This document shows, piece after piece, positions 43,786-52,886 of a stretch of 64,000 bases of DNA. This DNA comes from Vicinamibacteria bacterium. Lineage in GTDB: Bacteria; Acidobacteriota; Vicinamibacteria; Vicinamibacterales; JAENWD01. The notes under the pieces are model-generated. The model was not told the origin of the DNA and searched no databases. It saw only the letters and a program-made list of their open reading frames with translations. The DNA is taken from the NCBI GenBank assembly GCA_963832135.1, contig CAWHTD010000012.1:76902-140901 (forward strand), written 5' to 3'. Numbering within the stretch: position 1 is the stretch's first letter; each line of letters begins with the position of its first letter. Both the position numbers and the translations under genes were made by a program.

Positions 43786-44745
43786 ATGAAGATTTTCATT
43801 GCCGGCGGGACCGGCGTCGTCGGTCGCCGCGCGATTCCGATCCTCCGCGACGCTGGTCATGACGTAACCGGTGTGGTGCGCTCATCCATGGGCCGTGCGC
43901 AGCTTGCGCGTCTGGGCGCGAAGACGATCGATCTCGATCTTTTCGACCCGGCCTCGGTGCGTCGGGCTGTAGCGGGTCACGACATCGTACTGAACCTCGC
44001 GACGCACATCCCACGTTCGACGGTGCAGATGTTTCTGCCCTGGGCGTGGCGCGAGAACGATCGATTGCGTCGTCTCGGATCGGCGACGCTCGTCGACGCC
44101 TCGATTGCCGAGGGCGTGTCTGGCTTCGTCCAGGAGTCGTTCGCGCCCGCGTACCCGGACTGCGGCGATCGATGGATCGACGAAACCCAGCCCATCGAGC
44201 CGGTCCGTTACAACCGCACAATCGCCGATGCGGAAGCTGCGGCAGCTCGCTTCTCAGAGAGCGGCGGTCGTGGCGTCGTCGTGCGGTTCGGGTCGTTCTA
44301 TGGACCCGACGCCATGCAAACGATCGCCATGATTGATGCGGTGCGCAAGGGATGGGCTCCGTTGCCAGGCCCCCCGACGGCTTTTGTTTCCTCCGTGTCT
44401 CATGACGATGCGGCGTCGGCCGTGGCTGCGGCCGTCACGTTGGCGCCCGGTATCTACAACGTCGTCGACGATGAGCCAGTCACGCATCGTGAGTTCTTCT
44501 CATCTTTGGCCGCTGCACTGGAGGTCAGGTCACCGCGGCTACCGCCCGGCTGGGTGACGCCGCTGTTCGGGTCCGTTGGCGAGATGGCGGCGCGATCACT
44601 GAGGATCTCGAACCGGAAGCTGCGAGCAGCGTGCGACTGGGCTCCCAAGTACCCGAGCGTCCGCCGAGGGTGGCCTGCTGCCGTCGCCCAGATACGTGCG
44701 GGAAACACCCCCGCGCAGCCCGCGACGGCCTCGACAGGGTCCTGA
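43786..44745 (+). CDS. NAD(P)-dependent epimerase/dehydratase-family (extended/atypical SDR) protein
   Basis: It has MKIFIAGGTGVVGRRAIPILRDAGHDVTGVVRS (a Rossmann GxxGxxG motif). Confidence 0.8.
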   Translation: MKIFIAGGTGVVGRRAIPILRDAGHDVTGVVRSSMGRAQLARLGAKTIDLDLFDPASVRRAVAGHDIVLNLATHIPRSTVQMFLPWAWRENDRLRRLGSATLVDASIAEGVSGFVQESFAPAYPDCGDRWIDETQPIEPVRYNRTIADAEAAAARFSESGGRGVVVRFGSFYGPDAMQTIAMIDAVRKGWAPLPGPPTAFVSSVSHDDAASAVAAAVTLAPGIYNVVDDEPVTHREFFSSLAAALEVRSPRLPPGWVTPLFGSVGEMAARSLRISNRKLRAACDWAPKYPSVRRGWPAAVAQIRAGNTPAQPATASTGS

Positions 44746-45070
44746 GCCGACTGACAACGCGGGCTTCTCGCACGGGCTGATCGCGGGCTGACGCCGCAGC
44801 TGCTGCGCACGCGCGAGGGGCTCTCGCCGGCCCGGCCCTTGAGCACGCCGGTCGCACGCGACAGACGAGGAATGCGCCGCCGGGCCGAGTCCGGGCCGGA
44901 GACGGCCCGCTGTGGACAAGACCCAGAACGTATTCCTGCGGCGTCGCGAGCGGGACGCGCCGACGAGAGCCCGGCGCGCGGGACCGCGAGTCGTGATAGC
45001 TTGCCACTTGCGTTTTCCGCGGCAGTATTGGCGCCGATGCCACAGTCGACGTGGCACGCGTGATCGCGTC

Positions 45071-46591
45071 ATGAACGACCTCCGAGACCGCTCCCCACAA
45101 CAAGCCGGCGAGGACGCCCGCGATTTGCGGGCACTGGGCTATGGGCAGGAGCTCTTTCGGACGATGGGCGGATTCTCCAATTTCGCCATCTCGTTCTCGA
45201 TTATCTCCATCCTCACCGGCGCGGTGACGTTGTACGAGCACGGCCTCACCATGGGCGGCCCCGCCGAAATGGCGTTCGGCTGGCCGCTCGTCTCGCTCTT
45301 CACGCTGGCGGTTGCCCTGAGCATGGCGGAGCTCGCGTCGTCGCTGCCGACGTCCGGCACGATGTATCACTGGGCATCCCGGCTCGGTGGCAAGGGCTGG
45401 GGCTGGTTCACGGCGTGGTTCAACATCGCGGGCCAGCTTTCAGCGCTCGCGGCCATCGACTATGGATGCGCGCTGTTTGTCACGCCGCTCCTGGGCCTGC
45501 CGACGACGACAGAATGGCTGTTCCTCGTCTATGCGGCCATTTTGTTGTCGCACGCGCTGATCAACCACTTCGGCATCCGCCTGGTGGCCAGGCTCAACGA
45601 CTTCAGCGTGACGGTGCACGTTGTGGGTGTGATGGTCATCGTCGGCGCGTTGCTCTTCTTTGCGCCGAAACAGCCAGTCGGGTTTTTCTTTGCACGGGTG
45701 ACGTCCAACAACGAGGGCTGGCCGTACTGGTGGGCGTTCGTCGTCGGGCTGCTCCAGGCCCAGTGGACGTTCACGGGCTACGACGCGTCCGCGAGCGTGT
45801 CAGAAGAGACCGTCGATCCGCGGCGGCGCGCGCCGTGGGGAATCGTCCTGGCCGTCGTCGTCTCGAGCATCGTCGGCTATCTGCTGCTGATTGGCTTGAC
45901 GTTGGCGATCAGAGACATTCCCTCGGTGCTGAATGCGCGTGACGCCGGCGGCAACGAAATCCCGGCCGTGATCGCGATCCTGGTTGGTGCGCTCGGCGAG
46001 CGCGTCGGTGGTCTGTTCACCGCGCTCGCGGCGATGGCGATGTGGTTCTGTGGATTGTCCGTCGTCACCTGGAGCTCGCGAACAATTTACGCGTTCGCGC
46101 GCGACGACGGCATGCCCGGCTCGAGGTTGTGGAAGCAGGTGAGCGCGAAACACCTCACGCCGGCGGCCGCCGTGTGGCTCTCGGTCCTGGTCGCCATCGT
46201 GGCGACGCTCAGCGGCGGAGCATACGCGGTCGTGACGTCGATCAGCGTGATTGGCCTCTATCTGTCGTACATCATCCCGGTGTATCTCGGCTGGCGTGCG
46301 AGAGGCACAGTCGCCGAAACCCCGCGAGGCCCCTGGCATCTCGGCCGATACGGATGGGCGATCAATCTCATCGCCGTCCTGTGGGTCGTGTTCATCACGA
46401 TCATCCTCAGCACTCCGGACAATATGCGCGCGGGCAAGACGATGGCGGTGTTGACGCTGCTCCTCAGCGCCTGGTATTTGGTACGCGAACGACATCGGTT
46501 CCGTGGGCCTGCGTGGGCTTCAGCGCGCAACGATACCGCGACGCCGGTGCCTCCGACGAGCGAGCGTGTAGTGTCCGGAGAGTATCGGTGA
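45071..46591 (+). CDS. APC-superfamily amino acid/polyamine permease
   Basis: About 12 TM helices are present. FSNFAISFSIISILTG and AELASSLPTSGTMYHW are typical of APC transporters. The ATG at 45071 is preferred. Confidence 0.85.
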   Translation: MNDLRDRSPQQAGEDARDLRALGYGQELFRTMGGFSNFAISFSIISILTGAVTLYEHGLTMGGPAEMAFGWPLVSLFTLAVALSMAELASSLPTSGTMYHWASRLGGKGWGWFTAWFNIAGQLSALAAIDYGCALFVTPLLGLPTTTEWLFLVYAAILLSHALINHFGIRLVARLNDFSVTVHVVGVMVIVGALLFFAPKQPVGFFFARVTSNNEGWPYWWAFVVGLLQAQWTFTGYDASASVSEETVDPRRRAPWGIVLAVVVSSIVGYLLLIGLTLAIRDIPSVLNARDAGGNEIPAVIAILVGALGERVGGLFTALAAMAMWFCGLSVVTWSSRTIYAFARDDGMPGSRLWKQVSAKHLTPAAAVWLSVLVAIVATLSGGAYAVVTSISVIGLYLSYIIPVYLGWRARGTVAETPRGPWHLGRYGWAINLIAVLWVVFITIILSTPDNMRAGKTMAVLTLLLSAWYLVRERHRFRGPAWASARNDTATPVPPTSERVVSGEYR

Positions 46592-47980
46592 GCGACGCCG
46601 CAATCGAGCGCAAAGGAACGCTGACCCTGGATCAGCTCCGCGAGCGGGTGTCTCGCGGCGACGTCGAGACCGTGATTGTGGGCTTCACGGATCACTACGG
46701 CCGCCTGCTTGGAAAGCGGTACGCGGCCGACTTCTTCCTCGAGGAGGCCGCCGCGCACGGCACGCACGGGTGCAATTACCTGCTGACGACCGACATGGAG
46801 ATGGAGCCCGTTCCCGGGTACCGCTTCGCCAGCTGGGAGCAGGGATATGGCGATTTTCGTCTCGTGCCGGACCTGGCCACCTTGATCGTTGCGAGCTGGC
46901 TGGAAAAAACGGCCCTGGTGCTGTGCGACGTGGTCGGCAACCAGGAACCCGGAGCACGTGCGGGTTGCGCCGCGCTCTGTGCTGCGGCATCAGGTTGAGG
47001 CCGCGACCGCGCTTGGCTTCACGACCTTTGCCTCATCGGAGCTGGAATACTACGTGTTTCACGACAGCTATCGGAAGGCTGCGGAGCTCGAGTACCGCGG
47101 GCTTCAGCCGGCCGGCTGGTATCTGGAGGACTATCACATTCTCCAGGGGACGCGGACAGAGACGTTCACGGCCGCAGTCCGGCGCCACTTGAAGGAGTCG
47201 GGCGTTCCGGTCGAGAGCTCGAAAGGCGAATGGGGTCTCGGGCAGCACGAACTGAACATTCGATATGCCGAGGCGCTGCAGATGGCGGACCGGCACGTCG
47301 TGTTCAAGCAATGCCTGAAGGAGATGGCCGATCGGGCGGGGCTCTCCGTCACGTTCATGGCGAAGTTCGCGCAGGATCGCGCCGGCTCGAGCTGCCACAT
47401 TCATCTCAGCCTGTGGCGGGACGGGAGGAATGCGTTCGCCGGCGATTCGGAGCTCGGTCCGGTGAAGTGTTCAGATTGCTTCCGCTGGTTTCTCGGCGGC
47501 TGGATCGCGCACGCGCCGGACGTGATGGTGCTCTACGCACCGACGATCAATTCCTACAAGCGATACGTGGACGCGTCGTGGGCGCCGACGCGGCTCGCCT
47601 GGAGCTACGACAATCGCACGGCCGGCTTCCGCGTCGTGGGAGAAGGGCCGAGCCTCCGGATCGAGTGCCGGATTCCCGGGGCGGACTGCAATCCCTATCT
47701 CGCCTTCGCCGCGTCGATCGCATCTGGCCTTGAAGGGGTCCGCAACCGCGTCGAGCCGCCAGAGTGCTTCACCGGCGATATCTATGCCGCGCGGCATCTG
47801 CCGCGCGTGCCGCATACCTTGAGGGAAGCCACCGACGCCTTTGCGGCGAGCGGATTCGCGAAGCGCGTCTTCGGCGAAGAGGTCGTCGAGCACTACACCC
47901 ATTTCTTCAGGACCGAAGAGGCCGCTTACAGCGTGGCGGTCACCGATTGGGAACGCCGGCGATACTTCGAACGGATTTGA
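46588..47980 (+). CDS. Glutamine synthetase family protein (gamma-glutamyl-amine synthetase, PuuA-like), split by a frameshift near 46951
   Basis: The N-terminal beta-grasp part (VETVIVGFTDHYGRLLGKRY...) is in the frame of ORF 46042..46998. The catalytic part (SELEYYVF, GEWGLGQHE, SCHIHLSLW, NPYLAFAASIASGLEG) is in ORF 46889..47980. The GTG at 46588 overlaps the permease stop (GTGA). Confidence 0.8.
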
Positions 47981-47982
47981 TC

Positions 47983-48762
47983 ATGCCAAGACGGCTCGAG
48001 GACAAAGTCGCCCTCATCACGGGTGCAGGCAGCGGCATCGGAAGAGAATCGGCGGTCCTGTTTTCCGCGGAAGGCGCGGCAGTCGTGGTCGTGGACCGCG
48101 ACGACAAAGGCGGCCATGAGACGGCCGAGGCGGTCAAGGCCGCAGGCGGCCGAGCCGTGTTCGTCCACGCCGATGTGTCTCGCAACGACGACTGCGCACG
48201 AATGGTCGGCGCGGCGGAAGGGGAGTTCGGCCACTTGCACGTGCTGTTCAACAACGCCGGCATCATGGACAGCCGCGATGACGACGCCGTGTCGACCGAC
48301 GAGAGCGTGTGGGATCTCACGATGAACGTCAATGCGAAAGGGGTCTTCCTCGGGTGCAAGCATGGTATTCCGGCATTGCGGCGCGCAGGAGGCGGCAGCA
48401 TCATCAACACCGCGTCGTTCGTCGCCGTTCTCGGCGCGGCGACGCCACAGATCGCCTACACGGCGAGCAAGGGCGCGGTGCTGGCGCTGACCCGGGAACT
48501 GGCGGTCGTGCACGCCCGCGAAAAGATCCGGGTGAACGCGCTGTGCCCTGGGCCGCTGCGTACGGAGATGCTGATGAAGTTTCTCGACACGGAGCAGAAG
48601 AAGCAGCGGCGTCTGGTCCACATCCCTATCGGCCGCTTTGGTGCTGCACGCGAGATCGCGCAGGCCGCGCTGTTCCTGGCGTCGGATGAATCGTCCTTCG
48701 TAACGGGAACGGATTTTCTCGTCGATGGCGGCATTACCGCCGCCTACGTCACGCCTGAGTAG
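47983..48762 (+). CDS. Short-chain dehydrogenase/reductase (classical SDR)
   Basis: It has TGAGSGIGRE, NNAG and YTASKGAV (YxxxK). The ATG lies 2 nt after the GS stop. Confidence 0.9.
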   Translation: MPRRLEDKVALITGAGSGIGRESAVLFSAEGAAVVVVDRDDKGGHETAEAVKAAGGRAVFVHADVSRNDDCARMVGAAEGEFGHLHVLFNNAGIMDSRDDDAVSTDESVWDLTMNVNAKGVFLGCKHGIPALRRAGGGSIINTASFVAVLGAATPQIAYTASKGAVLALTRELAVVHAREKIRVNALCPGPLRTEMLMKFLDTEQKKQRRLVHIPIGRFGAAREIAQAALFLASDESSFVTGTDFLVDGGITAAYVTPE

Positions 48763-48770
48763 GCAAGCAG

Positions 48771-50168
48771 ATGCCAGGAGCGATTCAGCAGACGATCAGT
48801 CCCATTGACGGGTCGATCTACGCCGAGTACGAGCTGGCGTCGGATCAGGCGATCGAAGCGGCGCTCGAGCGTGCGGCCGTCGCACAACGCCATTGGAGGC
48901 GGGTGCCCGTGGCCGAACGGGCCACCATCTGCCGTCGCACCGTGGCGCTGATGGTCGAACGCGCCGACCAGCTCGCCACCGAGCTGACCTGGCAGATCGG
49001 CCGGCCTATCGCGCAAACGCCATTCGAGATCCGTCGCGGGTTTCAGGAGCGCGCGAACTACATGATCGACATCGCGCCCGCCATGCTGGCCGACGTCGGT
49101 CTCGAGCCGCGCGACGGGTTTCAGCGCTTCATCCGCCGCGAACCACTCGGCGTCGTGCTGGTGCTGGCGCCGTGGAACTATCCGTATCTCGCCTCAGTGA
49201 ACGCGGTCATACCGGCACTCATGGCGGGCAACAGCGTAATCCTGAAAATCTCGGAGCAGACGCCGCTCGTCGCCGACAGGTATGCGGAGGCCTTCGCTGA
49301 GGCGGGCCTCCCGAGCGACGTGTTCCAGTATCTGCACGTGAGCCACGACGACGTTGCGCGCATGATTGGCGATCGGCGCATCGCCTTCGTGTCGTTCACC
49401 GGTTCGGTCGCGGGTGGTCACGCCGTGCAGCAGGCGGCCAGCACGCGTTTCATCTCGGCGAACCTCGAGCTTGGCGGCAAGGATCCTGGCTACGTGCGTC
49501 CGGACGCGCCGCTCGAGTCGACCATCGAAAACCTGGTGGATGGCGCGTATTTCAACGCCGGCCAGTCGTGCTGCGCGGTCGAGCGCATCTACGTGCATCA
49601 GGATGTCTACCGCGACTTCGTCGATGGCTTCGTCGAGTTGACGCGACAGTACCGGCTCGGTAATCCCCTGATGCCGGACACGACCCTGGGACCGATGGTT
49701 CGAAGAACCGCCGCCACCTTCGTCAGAGATCAGGTCAAGGAAGCGGAGCGGCAGGGCGCAAGAAGGCTCATTGATCCGCGTGAGTTTTCGGCCGATGTGG
49801 AGGGCACTCCCTATCTCGCGCCACAGGTGCTCGTCGATGTCGATCACCGGATGCGAGTGATGACGGAGGAAACCTTCGGTCCCGTCGTCGGTCTTATGCC
49901 CGTGAAAGACGATGACGAGGCCATCGTCCTGATGAACGACAGCCGGTACGGGCTCACCGCCTCGATCTGGACGAGCGATGTGGACGCGGCCATCCGGATC
50001 GGTGACCGCGTCGAGACGGGTACGTGGTTCCTGAACCGGTGTGATTATCTCGATCCGGCGCTGGCGTGGACCGGCGTCAAGGATTCCGGGCGTGGATGTT
50101 CCCTCTCGCATCTGGGATTCGATGCGCTCACTCGACCGAAGTCGTTCCACCTGCGCCTGAATCCGTAA
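48771..50168 (+). CDS. NAD(P)-dependent aldehyde dehydrogenase
   Basis: It has ELGGKDP and the catalytic-Cys region FNAGQSCCAVERIYV; EETFGPV is also present. Confidence 0.9.
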   Translation: MPGAIQQTISPIDGSIYAEYELASDQAIEAALERAAVAQRHWRRVPVAERATICRRTVALMVERADQLATELTWQIGRPIAQTPFEIRRGFQERANYMIDIAPAMLADVGLEPRDGFQRFIRREPLGVVLVLAPWNYPYLASVNAVIPALMAGNSVILKISEQTPLVADRYAEAFAEAGLPSDVFQYLHVSHDDVARMIGDRRIAFVSFTGSVAGGHAVQQAASTRFISANLELGGKDPGYVRPDAPLESTIENLVDGAYFNAGQSCCAVERIYVHQDVYRDFVDGFVELTRQYRLGNPLMPDTTLGPMVRRTAATFVRDQVKEAERQGARRLIDPREFSADVEGTPYLAPQVLVDVDHRMRVMTEETFGPVVGLMPVKDDDEAIVLMNDSRYGLTASIWTSDVDAAIRIGDRVETGTWFLNRCDYLDPALAWTGVKDSGRGCSLSHLGFDALTRPKSFHLRLNP

Positions 50169-50180
50169 GCCCGCTCCGCT

Positions 50181-50199
50181 GATCGGCGCCGATCCTTTT
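50181..50199. terminator. Weak palindrome plus T-run between convergent genes
   Basis: The palindrome GATCGGCGCCGATC (50181-50194) is followed by CTTTT. The stem is short, so support is low. Confidence 0.25.
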
Positions 50200-50255
50200 A
50201 CCCCATTTGTCACCTGGTCTCGAGCTGCGCACGCCTGCGGCGGCGCGCTGAACGC

Positions 50256-51185
50256 CTACGGTCTCAGCGCGCTGGGATCGCCGGTCGGAGGCGGCGCCAG
50301 ATCGATCGCTGCCGGCGGGCCGAGCAACTCCAGAAAGATCGGCTTCAACGCGTCCGCCCAAATCTGGTACCCCGTGAGCGTCGGATGCAGCTTGTCACGC
50401 TCGTTCAACACGCCCTCGAGCGCCCTGCCGTCGTTGTCGGCGAGACGGTCATTGATGTTGAGGAACCGCACCTTCGTCCCATCGGCGATTCCGGCGAGCC
50501 GGGCGTTGATCTGCGTGATGGAGGGCATGACCGCCATGTTGTCGTTGCGCGGAAAGATGGCTGTCAGGATGATCGTGGCGCTCGGGGCTTTCTCGCGGCA
50601 GAGATCGGCGATCGCTTTCACCCCGCGCGCGATCTCGGCAACCCTGGCCTCATCCCCAGGCTCGGCGCCGACGTTGTTCGTCCCGGCAAGCAATACGATC
50701 ACCTTGGGATGGATCCCATCGAGCTCGCCGTTCTGGAGCCGCCACAAGATGTGCTGCGTGCCATCTCCGCCCCAGCCGAAGTTCGCCGCATTCCACCCAT
50801 AGAAGTTCTTCTTCCAGTTGGCGAGGAAATCGGGGTAATCGGTCGCGCCCCACCGGCGGACGATCGAATCGCCTTCGAAATAGATATCGATTCTGCCCTG
50901 CTTTGCCTTCTGAAGTAACTGCGCGTGCGCCGCCGCCGAATTCTGATCGGTCCGTGGGACCGCTTGGTCGGCGGGCAGGGTGTCGAGCAGCGCTGCGGCC
51001 GGCGTGGGGGAGGCTGGCGCAGGCGTCGCTTGCGGCGTCGGCGTTGCCTGCGCGGATGCAATAGGCCAGACGAACGCCGACAGGATCAGCGCGACGTGAG
51101 CGAGCGCGGTGCCCGCGCTCAGGACGCGGTTGGCGATCAGCCGGGCCTCGCGTTCGCGCTTCGGCGTCCGTCGCTGATCTCTCAC
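50256..51185 (-). CDS. Secreted SGNH/GDSL-family hydrolase (PAF-acetylhydrolase/sialate-O-acetylesterase-like)
   Basis: It has a signal peptide. Block I is FEGDSIVRRWG, block III LLAGTNNVG and block V DKLHPTLTGYQIWA. The GTG start overlaps the stop of the upstream large gene (GTGA at 51182-51185). Confidence 0.8.
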   Translation of the reverse strand: MRDQRRTPKREREARLIANRVLSAGTALAHVALILSAFVWPIASAQATPTPQATPAPASPTPAAALLDTLPADQAVPRTDQNSAAAHAQLLQKAKQGRIDIYFEGDSIVRRWGATDYPDFLANWKKNFYGWNAANFGWGGDGTQHILWRLQNGELDGIHPKVIVLLAGTNNVGAEPGDEARVAEIARGVKAIADLCREKAPSATIILTAIFPRNDNMAVMPSITQINARLAGIADGTKVRFLNINDRLADNDGRALEGVLNERDKLHPTLTGYQIWADALKPIFLELLGPPAAIDLAPPPTGDPSALRP

Positions 51186-52879
51186 ACCGCCGACTCGTAG
51201 ATCTGGTCGAAGACGAGGCCGCTCGAGCCTTCACCGCGGCCCGTGGGCGACGATCGCCCAATCCACAGGAACGTCCGTCCGTCGGTCCAGCGTGCGCGAT
51301 GGAAGGTGCGCGTCACGGTTCGGCCGGCGCGCGGGACTTCTTCTTCCGCGATGAAGTACGGCGCCTGGACGTTGAGGATCTCGCCGAGCGGCTGCGGCGG
51401 CTGGCCCGGCATCCGCGCGCGCTGCAGGCGGATGCTGCGCGTGGAGCCCGGGACATGCGCCGGCACGAAGGGCCGCCAGTTGGAAGGAACGGTCGTGCCC
51501 AGGGTGTAGCGGGCGCTGGCGTCCGTCGCCGGCGTCGTCGGCGGCATGTGGTCAATCTGCGGATCGAACGGGTCGCCCAGTTTCGACGGCAGTCGCTGCT
51601 CGACGGCCCAGACCATGTTGGCCATCTCGTCGCGCAGGAACTCCACACGCTCGATAGGAGGCGATTCGACGGTGGCGGTCAGCGCCGGCGTCAGAAACAG
51701 GCCCATACGCTCGCCTGCATCCCCCTGGAGGCGAAACATCGACCAGCGCTGCCAGTCGGCGTCCCCGCCGCGGCCGGCGGCTCGGACGAGCGTCTGATCG
51801 CCGAAGACGTCGGTGACCAGGAGGCCTTCGATCCGCGTGAAGCTGCCGACGCGGAGCTCCAGCGGCAGCAGGCACCAGTCGTTCGAGTACTGCAGCACGA
51901 ACTCGGCGAGCAGCAGCTTCGCGAGATCGTTGGGCTCGACGTCGAGGCGCCCGAAGTCGGTCTTCCCGTCCTCCATTTCCCAATAGCGCTCGTTCGGCAT
52001 GCCGGTGAACTGAATCGCCGTCGGCAGAAACGACAACCCGGTCGCCGGCGGTGCCGGGGGTGGTGCGGTGAGGCTCGCAGGCACCTCGAAGGCGTGCCAG
52101 TCGAGATCGCCGCCCCGATGATTCGCCGCGCTGAGTTGGACGGTGCCCGAGTCTGTTCCGCAGGCAAAGCGATAGTCGAGCCTCTCAGGCTGCCACGCCG
52201 ACGGATCATCGCCGGACTGAGAGTAGGTTCGCTCGTACCAGGCCACGAGCGCGCGGCCGGCGTCGACCAGATCGTTCTCTTCTGCCGCGCCCAGTCCCTG
52301 AAAGCCCTGAATCTTCGTCGCATGCGAGCCGTTACGCACCACCCTGATGAGCGCTGCCGCGTCGAACAGGAAGCGTCTGCCGGCGTGGAAGAGCGCGCGA
52401 GCTTCGTCCGTGTCGGCGCCAACGACGCCCGTGTCGTAGTCGAGCGCGAAGAGCGCGACGTAGTCGTCGAGCCGGGAGGCATGCCCCTTCGCCCGGAGCA
52501 GGCGCTCGAACACCCGCGCCGCCTGCATATGCAGCATCAGATCGAACGGCACTGCCTCCCGCTCGATCCGTACCTCCAGCGGCATCGTCGGGTCGTAAGG
52601 ACGGCGATCGTTGCCGACGGTGTAGCTGTCGAGGACCATCGTCTGATACGCGATGCGCGCATCGATGGGCGACCCGGCATCCTCGCCCTCGAACTCGCCG
52701 TACTGCCATTGCCGCGTGAGGAACCAGAGCGGATCGCGGACCTCGGCGCGCAGGCTGCGTTGGAAGTCTTCCGTTCTCTGGCGGCCCTCGAGACGGTTCC
52801 AGCCGCGGATGAGCGGCATGGCATTCCGAGAGCCGAGCGTGAATTGGTAGACGGCGGCGGCGCGATCGTTTGGAGGCAT
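51182..52879 (-). CDS. Large hypothetical protein D (about 565 aa) of the giant-protein operon
   Basis: The long ORF has good coding character. The ATG at 52879 lies 7 nt after the upstream stop. I recognised no signal peptide or catalytic motif. A distinctive segment is RDPLWFLTRQWQYGEFEGEDAGSP. Confidence 0.6.
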   Translation of the reverse strand: MPPNDRAAAVYQFTLGSRNAMPLIRGWNRLEGRQRTEDFQRSLRAEVRDPLWFLTRQWQYGEFEGEDAGSPIDARIAYQTMVLDSYTVGNDRRPYDPTMPLEVRIEREAVPFDLMLHMQAARVFERLLRAKGHASRLDDYVALFALDYDTGVVGADTDEARALFHAGRRFLFDAAALIRVVRNGSHATKIQGFQGLGAAEENDLVDAGRALVAWYERTYSQSGDDPSAWQPERLDYRFACGTDSGTVQLSAANHRGGDLDWHAFEVPASLTAPPPAPPATGLSFLPTAIQFTGMPNERYWEMEDGKTDFGRLDVEPNDLAKLLLAEFVLQYSNDWCLLPLELRVGSFTRIEGLLVTDVFGDQTLVRAAGRGGDADWQRWSMFRLQGDAGERMGLFLTPALTATVESPPIERVEFLRDEMANMVWAVEQRLPSKLGDPFDPQIDHMPPTTPATDASARYTLGTTVPSNWRPFVPAHVPGSTRSIRLQRARMPGQPPQPLGEILNVQAPYFIAEEEVPRAGRTVTRTFHRARWTDGRTFLWIGRSSPTGRGEGSSGLVFDQIYESAV

Positions 52880-52886
52880 GGTCGGG

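Noticed and set aside
44746-45070. The 325-nt leader upstream of the amino-acid permease, considered as a possible riboswitch or T-box-like element.
   Set aside because: I could not recognise any conserved riboswitch core by eye. The listed ORF start at 44912 simply extends the permease frame through Arg-rich sequence. A covariance-model scan would be needed.
44525-45370. A 281-aa minus-strand ORF spanning the epimerase 3' end, the spacer and the permease 5' end.
   Set aside because: It overlaps two well-supported + strand genes and its translation is Arg-rich and low complexity.
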